Assembly (NCBI GenBank): GCA_001687465.1
Contig: LVLI01000196.1
Location: 62,001-126,000 of the forward strand
From: Halocafeteria seosinensis
Taxonomy: Eukaryota
Reading direction: 5' to 3'
Length of the DNA stretch: 64,000 nucleotides
The position numbers and the translations under genes were made by a program. A model generated the notes under the pieces. It made no database searches, was not told the origin of the DNA, and was given only the letters and a program-made list of their open reading frames with translations. Positions 50,701-59,339 of this stretch are shown piece after piece. Position 1 is the first letter of the stretch, and each line of letters opens with the position of its first letter.

Positions 50701-51279
50701 CCTGCAAGTTGCAAACCATGTGTAGGAGATTCAGGAAGAGGTAGTCGCATGTGTGTGTGACCACTCCATCAAGAATAAAAATTACGCACTTAAGACGCTC
50801 CGGAAGGTCAGCCGTACATGGATACAAGTACATAATCCCGGTGAGAAGGATTGCAGCGTATCGCTTTGCTGCGTGAAGGGCAGGATGCGCGCTCATGAGA
50901 TGGAGACCACACGGACGATTCCATGGATTCAAGCAGTTCGCTGAGTTCAGTTTATAGATACACGCTAATCAGAGAATTCAGAGAACACAACAAATCAACA
51001 TCGATCGTGTACATGTCACAATGTAACATGTGCCAAGCACAGCGAGTTCGGGACCGAGTACTTCAACGCTAAGCAGTAGTGTGTATTATTTATGGCCGGT
51101 AGTACCCGGCTATACATACTACTACTGGCTAAATGGAGATGTAGTTTGGGATCTTCACGCCGTCGGAGAGAGATCCCAGGGCCCTCGCTTTAACGCACAG
51201 TGTAGGTTCCCTCACGGCGCATGTCAGCAAGGCTGCAGGAACAGCGGGCCCGTCGCTGCTTAACTAGGGTGTCAGGTAC

Positions 51280-51350
51280 GGTCCTGAGCTGTACCGTACC
51301 CAACCACCCTCGCTGGCCTGCGTGCCGTACCCGGTACACTCCAGGTACAG
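51280..51350. repeat. Left subterminal GTACC(G) repeats of the hAT element
   Basis: ctgtaccgtaccc, ccgtacccggtac, caggtacag inside the left TIR. Confidence 0.7.
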
Positions 51351-51656
51351 TATGCAACGGCTACAAACTTGATGTAGGCTGTTTAGACGCTTATAATGGG
51401 AATGAGATGTGTCTTCCGCTGTATTATTTGTTTTTCAGTTTGCTGAGAAGGTCTTGAGCGCTCCAGTGGTTTGATGAACCGGCGTGTGCGGTCTGTGCAA
51501 ACGGCGTGGACGCTGATGCTGCACCTTCGCCACTACCGCGATTTCTACCTGAGATCATTGGATGACTTAAATCGAAGTGTTTGCCCGGGATGAATTCTGT
51601 CGAGTCAGTGTCCTCCGCATCCATAATTTCTAAGACTTCCAAACACTCATTGAGGG

Positions 51657-53144
51657 TCACCCCCATATCCCACTCGCTGAAGTCTTCAGGGTCCATTTCA
51701 TGCAGCATTCTTTCGAAGTCATGGTCGGCGAAAGCCGCAGCAACAGTATCGTCCGAATCACTCTCCCCTCCTTCGTCGTATTCACCAGTCGAGTTCTCGT
51801 CTGTTCTGCTTTGAACTCCTTCTTCGTTTTGGAGAGACTGTCTGTCTTTCCCGAACGGAGGTATGTTTTTATCTGTCCGAGCTGCTTGAGAGTTACGGCG
51901 GACATGCGGTTTCTCTGCTTCGTATTTAGGTAAGTTAAGCTTGAACACAGTCTTTCTGCTTCTACAGCGGTGGGAGTAATCGCTAGTAGCCTCAAGGAGA
52001 ATGATCGGAGCAATTCGTTTTCAGGTAGAGCTGCAAAGAATGACTGACATTGTACTGCTTCTCCAGCTGCTCCATTTTCCAGCTCCAATAGCTGTTATTC
52101 TTAAAATAGGAGACAACGTCGTTAGCATTCTTAAGCACTGAACGACATCGGGAATGCGACAGGATAGACTTGAGAAGTAAGTTAAGCACATGAGCGAAGC
52201 ATGGCATTATCACGATTTCCGATGTTGTCTGCGGTTCACTGGAAGGTGATTCTGCGTTGTTCGAAGAGCCCTCTGTTTCTCCTACATTGTCTGCAGGCTC
52301 CAACGTTGCGCTCGAGTTGCTCGAAGTACCTATGTCTCCCGTTTCTTCTTCAAAGTATTCTTTCATGAGTCGCATATTGCTAGCGTCGTCGGTCACGACC
52401 GCATCTATGCCAAGATACTGTGTCATCCACTTGTCTAGGGAGTCTCTAACCAATGACAATAATTCGCTACCCGTGGAAGGCCGCGAAGAAGCGTCGCAAA
52501 TATCACTTACAACTGGATAAACATGGGGGTTGCATAAGAGCATGCCGTAAATGCTGCGGCGTCTAATATTCGACCAACCGTCCATCACAAGTGTAAAACA
52601 GTTGCCTTTCTCCAAACTCTCGTCGACAATTTCTTGGAGAGCGTTTCGGCAGCTATCATACTCATTTTTCAAGACGGTGCCGGAGATTCTCGATCGAGAC
52701 GGTGGGCGATAAATAGATGACAACTTTGCGCAAAAGCTTCTGAAATGAGGATCTTCTACGAGTCGGAAAGAGCTGTTGGTGGATATAATGAATCTTAGCA
52801 ATTGTCGATCACGTTGATCCTGGCTAGTTTCACTGACCATTTTCGTCAGAATGTTAGAATTCCCGTAATTCGTCTCTTTGGCGCTTTAGAGCCTTCTCCT
52901 CTGGGTCATACCTTGGGCAGAAGAGTTTTACATGGTCCTGCAGACTACCGCATGAGTCAATTCCGACTTCCCATTTGCAAATATACTGTCTACATACCGG
53001 CAAAGTACTGTCCGTTCTAGCTGGTTTGACATCTTCCCCGCAATGCCGGCATTGTGCGTACAGAAACCTCCGCGAGTTGGGTTCCCTCTCCTTGCTGGGG
53101 GGAAAATGGCGCCATATATCAGATTTCACGCTTTTAGCCGCCAT
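51657..53144 (-). pseudogene. hAT transposase, internally deleted and frameshifted
   Basis: BED finger (IWRHF..CRHC..H....C), catalytic LVMDGWSN and VTDDASNM, CxxH motif PCFAHVLNL. The dimerization motif LLAITPTAVEAERLCS..QRNRM is in a different frame directly after ~52020, and the RW motif and most of the insertion domain are missing. Predicted introns 52938-52997 and 52833-52911. Confidence 0.88.
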
Positions 53145-53394
53145 TATAGGGGATAATGCCTACGGTATGTATGAAAATAAGAACAATGTATACCCTGCGA
53201 TGAATGAAATGGGCAAAAAATCGCTGCTTAAGCCGTAGACACTCCTCATAGCTCCCCCGGTTCAACATCTTCCATCCATCCACACCATCCAGACTTACCA
53301 AATGAAACTAAAAATGGTATCACACGTTTTGCTGAGACGAATTGAAATGTATGAGGTCATTGCCATCCAAAAATAATGAACATGTAAATGAGCT

Positions 53395-53476
53395 GGTGTA
53401 CCTGGCCGTACCTGGAACCTGTACCGTACCCGGCTGTACCCGTACCCAGGTACGGTCGAGGTACAGGTACGGTTTT
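53395..53476. repeat. Right subterminal GTACC(G) repeats of the hAT element
   Basis: Dense gtacc/ggtac motifs, including ctgtaccgtaccc identical to the left end. Confidence 0.75.
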
Positions 53477-53566
53477 GTACCTGACACCCTATGCTTAACA
53501 CGGGCGCATACCGCTCCTCGTTAAGAGGATGTGGTCAACTTCCCGGCCGGTGGGCTATCTGTCACA

Positions 53567-53568
<2 letters not shown>

Positions 53569-53599
<31 letters not shown>

Positions 53600-53632
53600 T
53601 TGTAGAGGAGAACACATTTGTGTGTGTGTGTG
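53569..53632. repeat. Two (TG)n microsatellites
   Basis: (TG)~14 at 53569-53597 and (TG)~7 ending at 53632, each preceded by cacatt. Confidence 0.9.
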
Positions 53633-54029
53633 CGTTGAGACTCCGGACGACGTTCAGGATGCTCGCCCTAAGTGCCATAACTTTTCGCCATCCTCGAATA
53701 CAGAAGAGACGGCACATCGCCGGTACAGCGACACTACGGGAGTCGGCGGGAAGAAACACCCTCAGTCGAGTCAGTGACCAGTGACACTTGTTTAGTGTGG
53801 TGTCGTTCCGGTGCACAGCGATTGTACGACTTGTAGAGTAGCCAGATCCAATTTGGGATTGACCTGTAGGACGCTTGTGTAAGATGCGACTGGCCCGTCG
53901 TGGCACACACACATGCACAGCAACACGAACGCTATCAAGCAGTACCCGTAGGGGAGGTCTGTATATTTGGCATTGCTATCATTTAACCACGGTCAGGTCT
54001 TATCGGCCCATGCGTGTACCTTTGCATAC

Positions 54030-55145
54030 CTAAGTCTGGGGCTCCATCAGCCGCCAAGAATCACAATCCGGGTCATGGACATTGTATCGAATCACCTTTT
54101 CGACTTGTTGTCCTTGTTGGAGCCGAACGCTAATTTTGAGTGGCTGCAATTCCACTCGGTTAAGGAAGTATATTTTGAACGTCGCATTCAAATCCTCAGT
54201 CCTGTGCGCTAGCGACCAACGAAATCCAGTTGCGGTACGAACTCGTCGTAGGTCCACATCGGAAGATACGACTCTGACAAAGTCAAGCACTCCCGGAAGC
54301 GCACATGTTAGAGATAAGTCAAGATCGTTCATTTCAAAATACAGAGAAGTGGCTTCGACATAGTCCGGAATCTCGTAGCCCAGTTGACGCATTAGCTCCG
54401 ACATAATTGCGTCACAAGTCCCATTTACGCGCACGCTAGCAAGATGGTCCAGTTGTGTCTCCCGGAGATTGCCGATGACAATCGTCGCTTCTGGATTGTG
54501 CTTAGCAATGCGAAATGCAGGGTCAACTTTCATGGAGGAGCCTGTGATAAATTGAAGCTCTGAATTGGATACTGCTCGCTTGGCCTTGTCTACATCAATC
54601 GGAGGACAGTCCTCTCCGTAGTTGACCACGCTGTCAAGCAGATGCCCGTCGCAACCGTCCTTTCCGCATACTCTTCCCGTACGGTGGTCGTCATCGGGAT
54701 TGCCTACCTTCCTACATTCAAAATCTCGGTAGAAAATGGCGCCGCACTTGGGACACGTTTCTCGGTATTTGTTACCATGAATATCAGCGATCCTCTCCGA
54801 CGGTATTCCACATTTTGCATGAAGAGCATCAGCGTTTTGGCTGACTACAAAATCAACAACGTTGTTTTCAACCAAAGTTTTCAACGCCATATGTGCTTTG
54901 CTGGGGAAAAGAGGGTACGAAGGAGACCGAGAAATCTCAATGCCCTGTTCTTTCAACGGCCAAATGCCTTCGCTCCCTCTGAAGTCTGGAAGTCCGCATG
55001 AGGTACACACGCCTGCACCAATGTGCATCACAACTTTGTTGCTACTTTTCATTTTCTCTATAATCTCTTGCACCTTTGCCGCCATAGTTTCTTGCGGATC
55101 CACTATATCCTCCGGAGCTTCTCCCGGTCGGTGGAGACCTTCCAT
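54030..55145 (-). CDS. Sirtuin (SIR2 family), class IV SIRT6/SIRT7-like, single exon, with C-terminal extension
   Basis: HIGAGVCTSCGLPDFRG, PSKAHMAL, VVSQNADALH, catalytic IHGN, Zn site CPKC...C....C, LLDSVVNYGE, TGSSMKV, GNLRETQLD. ATG at 55145. Confidence 0.93.
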   Translation of the reverse strand: MEGLHRPGEAPEDIVDPQETMAAKVQEIIEKMKSSNKVVMHIGAGVCTSCGLPDFRGSEGIWPLKEQGIEISRSPSYPLFPSKAHMALKTLVENNVVDFVVSQNADALHAKCGIPSERIADIHGNKYRETCPKCGAIFYRDFECRKVGNPDDDHRTGRVCGKDGCDGHLLDSVVNYGEDCPPIDVDKAKRAVSNSELQFITGSSMKVDPAFRIAKHNPEATIVIGNLRETQLDHLASVRVNGTCDAIMSELMRQLGYEIPDYVEATSLYFEMNDLDLSLTCALPGVLDFVRVVSSDVDLRRVRTATGFRWSLAHRTEDLNATFKIYFLNRVELQPLKISVRLQQGQQVEKVIRYNVHDPDCDSWRLMEPQT

Positions 55146-55848
55146 TCTCCTATTCTTGTCGCAGTTCACGGGTCGTCAAATTACAGGATACTACCAAACA
55201 ACCGTCCAATTGGAATAGGAGAAACCTTCTGCCAAATCTAAATCTTTCGATCAATTTCGCAACATCAGTATCCGGTGTTAAGGGAAGGCCTCAGATTCCG
55301 CATGGGATCTTGCGAGGGCCTCGCCGAGAGGGCAGTTGTGGGGACAAAAACGGACCCACAGTTTTTGGCCCCCAGCGGCTCCCTTGACGGTGTGTGTGCT
55401 ATCCGTTGAAGAAGCTCCGAAGCTTCCAACCCAGTGACACCCTGCTCTAGGCTCCCTTGCGACGATCCCCCTTGGATTCGAGCGAAGATTCTGGCCGTTG
55501 AGACTCCAGCCAAGCAAACTGCGATAATTGGATAGTATTGTAACTTATCGAACTTGTAAGTTGTTTCACGTGCGTCAACTTTCACCGTACTGTGGCTGAA
55601 AAGTTCTTGCACACGCATTGCATATTGCGCTTTCGTTGGAACTCTTCGTGGTGTCTCCCCTTTGGCGTGCGTCGATTACAGCGTATTGGTGTGGTGGGGT
55701 ACAGGTCACGACTCTTGTACAATTGTACCGCAGTGCGCAGAACGTTGTACAGCATTTACAGGCACCAGTACATTCTCGATCAAACAAGACGACTCGTGTT
55801 GAGCATAAAAAGCATTCTCTTGACTGTTGGAAACTCGAAGAACGAGGG

Positions 55849-58800
55849 ATGGGGGCACATACGACGCTGACACGGATAGGGCAGTGTGTTCCTTGGGTGG
55901 CGAGTCAGGCGAGTGCATCACTTGAGGCCAGCGTTAGCCAATTTTTTCATTATGTTTGGGCTAGGATCGTGTCGTACGTGGTTGGAGGCGGGTTTGTGCT
56001 GACAGTGCTGACCCTCCTCTTTCGCCGAGCCTACCATTATTGCAAGCTCCATCACATCCGCAATAGCTGCCCCGGTCACGTTGATTTGATCAGAGAGATG
56101 GGATTGTCCATTGAAAGATATTCTGATCTGAATAATCCAGAGACTGCCGCCAATGTCTTTAGAACAGCCATTGACGAGTTACTAGGAAGATTTACCTGGG
56201 TCGGGGCTGGTCATGAGCATGCGCGACCACTTGTTCATTACGGGCAAACTCTGTTAGAAGCCATACGGAACGAACACATTATCTCTAGGAGTTACAGAAA
56301 GAAATTGATGAAGACTTTAGCTCAAAGTATTCTTTTGCAACCATCCGTGTATCATCCCCAAAGCTGCTGTTGCGAGTTATGGTTCGGTCGTTACCTCGAC
56401 GAAGAGGAGCTTCGACGAGATTCGATACTTACACAAGTGGGAGATCGCTGGCTGGATACAGTGCTGCCCAACAGATATTCTGAATTATCAAGGAGTATAC
56501 ATGCACGCCCAGGAGCACATCGCTTACAAGATACTCTGCGAAGACAATACTCTCAGCTACTGAAGCAGAAGACTCCTTTCGATCTTGAACACCGAGATCT
56601 AGCGACCTACCACCAACCCATCGAGATTCAGAGACCCAGTAACAATACTATAGGTTGGGAAACCATTCGCGTGGAACACCTACTGGAACCACCTGGGAGT
56701 AGATCCCAGAAGATTATTCTGGAGGGGAAGATGGGAACGGGTAAATCAACATGGTGTCGGAATATTGCCCAAATGTGGGCGGATCAGGAGCATTTTGATG
56801 AAACCCCAGGATGGCTCCGTCACTTTGATTACCTATTTTTTATTCCGTTGAGAGGATTGTTCAACCATATTGAAAGAGCTGTTTCGAACCCTGCTCACCG
56901 GCTTGTGCTCAACCGTAGTGGAGTTTCCACCAGCACACTACAAGAATACGATGCATACTGGATGGGTCAAGGACTCTTAGAATACGTTACCGACCGGAAA
57001 TATACAGATTATGTTCCTCCTTTTCGACAAGTTCTCTTCGTTCTCGACGGTCACGACGAATTACCAGATTATCGCGAGAAAAATCAAAAAGGCGAGGCTT
57101 TTTCTATTTTTCGATCCGTTCTCTCTCGTATACTAGATGGAAGAGACGACCCGTCAGGTCCTCAGCGTAATGTCATTCTAACAACTCGTCCTCAGGTCAA
57201 TCTAGATGATGTCGAGCGCCTATTTATCCAAGAGAGTTTGAAATGCACAGTTTTCGGGTTTCCGGAGCAAAGCCAAGTTAACTTCATTAGGGATTATCTC
57301 GAAGGTGTACAGTTCAATCAGGGCGAGCTGTTTAGTGAGCAACTGAAACAATTGCTTTCCCAACAACCTATATTAAGAACTTTGAAGCACATCCCCCTCT
57401 TATTGAAGATGCTCTGTTGGTGGTTTTGTATACTCCACTATCAAAAGGAAAATGCCGCTGAAACTTTGAGCAGTTCCGCACTTCGACTGACCGGAGTGTA
57501 TCATTCGGTGGTGACGTGTCTCTTTAGGTGGTGGCAACAGCGGGATAATTTCCAGTTGGAACCAGAAAGGAAAGAGAGAATGCAAGCAGTTTTGCGGCAA
57601 CTAGCCAACCAAGAAGATGTAACCATATCTCGACAACGAGTGGAACCTATTCTGAACGAGTCTAGAGGGGAGAGAGTGATGGATGACCTGGCGCATGGGT
57701 ACGGCATAATATTCCCAGTTCGAACCTTGACTGGGTGGTGCTGGACCGCATGTGACTGGCAATTTGTACATCATACTTTTCAAGAATATTTTAGAGCCTG
57801 TTATTTCAACACCATGCTGTGGCACGGTTATTCAAGTTTAGACGATCCGGCGTTCGCTGAGTCAATGGGCAAGATGTTCGTGGACGGAAGTTCAGCAGTA
57901 CCCCAATTCCTCGTAGGCGTTGTGTCCATGTCGTTGAAGAAAGAGTGGGCCGTTGGCATTGTGCAACAATTGATTCAGTTGTTTACGCAGAGAACTCTAA
58001 ACTTTAACGAAGAAGAGCATGGGCAAACTCAGATGAAGATTCTCCGAACGTCTTACTGGGCTGTTCTCAGCGAGATTTACAGTAGTTTGTATTCCCGCTT
58101 ACAATTGGGAGCCAGTCAAGCGGGACGCGCACTGCGCCCTTGTGATATATTCGGGGGACTCCCGGCTGCTGCGCAAACAGGGAATAGGTTTCTGTGTGAG
58201 TGGCTAATAGGGCATTACAGTAACAAGCCTGCTCGCATCGAATATATTCAAGCAGCGAATGCTGTGGGGGAGACTGCCCTTCATTCTGTAGCCGGAGCGG
58301 GTGGACATAAAGATATATGCAAATGGCTATTAGAGTTATTTGAGGACACGCAGAAGAGGGCTGAGTTCATTGAAACACGGGATAATAACCTTAAATCGGC
58401 TCTGCAGTACGCGTCCATGCACGGACACTTTGACATTTGCAAACTACTGGTACGAGAATTAGAGGAAAGCGAAGAATCGAGTACACGAAGGAAAGAAGCA
58501 TATATTCAACAACCGGATAAGGAGAATCGCACGGCCTTGTATGTGGCAGCTAGGAAAGGTGAGAGATTCATTTGCGAATGGCTGGTTGAGGAGCTTCCCC
58601 TAGCCCTGAGAGGTATGTTTGTACTTAACGGAGACCGAGATGGGATAACTCCGTTGGACATAGCGTACGAGTCAGGACATGGTCGTGGTAGTTTGTTTCA
58701 CACGCTTCGGTGCTACGTGGCGTTGAATGATTTAGTCACGTCCATCCAAGGCCAGGCTCGAGGAGTGAATGCCATATTCAAAGTGATAGACTACAAAAAC

Positions 58801-58992
58801 GAGCGGCCGAATCGTGGTTGGTTTGATAAAGGATTAGCAGCACAGGTAATAAATAAGATTATAAGACGGGACCAAGTGCCGTTGCTCGATGATGACAGAC
58901 CAGAGTACGATAGAGCTACCGAGCGCCTATTCACGAGAGAAATAGACGTGGGGTCGGATGGCTTTGTATATCCCGCGAATGACGACCAGTGA
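55849..58992 (+). CDS. NACHT (STAND) NTPase with N-terminal TM segment and C-terminal ankyrin repeats, NLR-like, copy 2 (frame open from 55618; first ATG 55849)
   Basis: TM IVSYVVGGGFVLTVLTLLF followed by RR. Walker A IILEGKMGTGKST, LFFIPLR, Walker B LFVLDGHDEL, sensor-1 VILTTRP, IPLLLKMLC, WQFVHHTFQEYFRACY. Ankyrins GETALHSVA, LKSALQYAS, NRTALYVAA, GITPLDIA. Intronless. Confidence 0.92.
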   Translation: MGAHTTLTRIGQCVPWVASQASASLEASVSQFFHYVWARIVSYVVGGGFVLTVLTLLFRRAYHYCKLHHIRNSCPGHVDLIREMGLSIERYSDLNNPETAANVFRTAIDELLGRFTWVGAGHEHARPLVHYGQTLLEAIRNEHIISRSYRKKLMKTLAQSILLQPSVYHPQSCCCELWFGRYLDEEELRRDSILTQVGDRWLDTVLPNRYSELSRSIHARPGAHRLQDTLRRQYSQLLKQKTPFDLEHRDLATYHQPIEIQRPSNNTIGWETIRVEHLLEPPGSRSQKIILEGKMGTGKSTWCRNIAQMWADQEHFDETPGWLRHFDYLFFIPLRGLFNHIERAVSNPAHRLVLNRSGVSTSTLQEYDAYWMGQGLLEYVTDRKYTDYVPPFRQVLFVLDGHDELPDYREKNQKGEAFSIFRSVLSRILDGRDDPSGPQRNVILTTRPQVNLDDVERLFIQESLKCTVFGFPEQSQVNFIRDYLEGVQFNQGELFSEQLKQLLSQQPILRTLKHIPLLLKMLCWWFCILHYQKENAAETLSSSALRLTGVYHSVVTCLFRWWQQRDNFQLEPERKERMQAVLRQLANQEDVTISRQRVEPILNESRGERVMDDLAHGYGIIFPVRTLTGWCWTACDWQFVHHTFQEYFRACYFNTMLWHGYSSLDDPAFAESMGKMFVDGSSAVPQFLVGVVSMSLKKEWAVGIVQQLIQLFTQRTLNFNEEEHGQTQMKILRTSYWAVLSEIYSSLYSRLQLGASQAGRALRPCDIFGGLPAAAQTGNRFLCEWLIGHYSNKPARIEYIQAANAVGETALHSVAGAGGHKDICKWLLELFEDTQKRAEFIETRDNNLKSALQYASMHGHFDICKLLVRELEESEESSTRRKEAYIQQPDKENRTALYVAARKGERFICEWLVEELPLALRGMFVLNGDRDGITPLDIAYESGHGRGSLFHTLRCYVALNDLVTSIQGQARGVNAIFKVIDYKNERPNRGWFDKGLAAQVINKIIRRDQVPLLDDDRPEYDRATERLFTREIDVGSDGFVYPANDDQ

Positions 58993-59339
58993 CTCGGTGG
59001 TGCAAAGACATACAAGTGACTGTCAACACTTCCGGCAACTTATGCCCCCACCACTCTGAAGTAACCCCTCCATCCAATGCCATGTACCGGCACCTTGCCA
59101 AAATTCTCTGTACTCGGGGACTCGATGTCGGTGCTCTCAAACAAGTTGACTCAGAATCGTTTCTCGTGAGAAGCTGCAGCTGACATTGTGTATACACAAG
59201 TGTCATTCTAGTGGGAGCGGAAACAGGTCCCCGTAGTCACTCAGATACGTCTATACTTGCTGTAAGGTCTGTGTGATCTGTTACGGGCGGAGGTATGTAT
59301 GGTCGAATCTGCACATCCTAATTGGCCAGTACGGCCTCC

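Larger units (their letters stand above)
51265..53491 (-). mobile_element. hAT-superfamily DNA transposon, 2,227 bp, probably a non-autonomous deletion derivative
   Basis: Perfect 15-bp TIRs TAGGGTGTCAGGTAC (51265-51279; reverse complement 53477-53491), 8-bp TSD TGCTTAAC (51257-51264 and 53492-53499), subterminal GTACC repeats, internal transposase. Confidence 0.96.

Noticed and set aside
52833..52911. Apparent frameshift between the BED-finger ORF and the transposase core
   Set aside because: A 79-bp GT-AG intron with ctaac/ctgac branch motifs restores the frame, so no frameshift or recoding is needed here.
53395..53476. Repeated GTACC motifs as a CRISPR-like array
   Set aside because: No constant repeat/unique spacer periodicity; explained as hAT subterminal repeats in a eukaryotic genome.
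55435..55444. TGACACCCTG similar to the hAT TIR end
   Set aside because: Only a 9-nt match, with no partner TIR, TSD or subterminal repeats.
55280..55510. GGGAAGGCCTCAG resembling RNase P RNA conserved region I
   Set aside because: No convincing complementary P4 strand or CR-V consensus was found downstream.
46750..59300. The whole island as one giant transposon or endogenous virus
   Set aside because: No terminal repeats, TSD, integrase/recombinase or capsid genes were seen at or within the island apart from the small hAT element.
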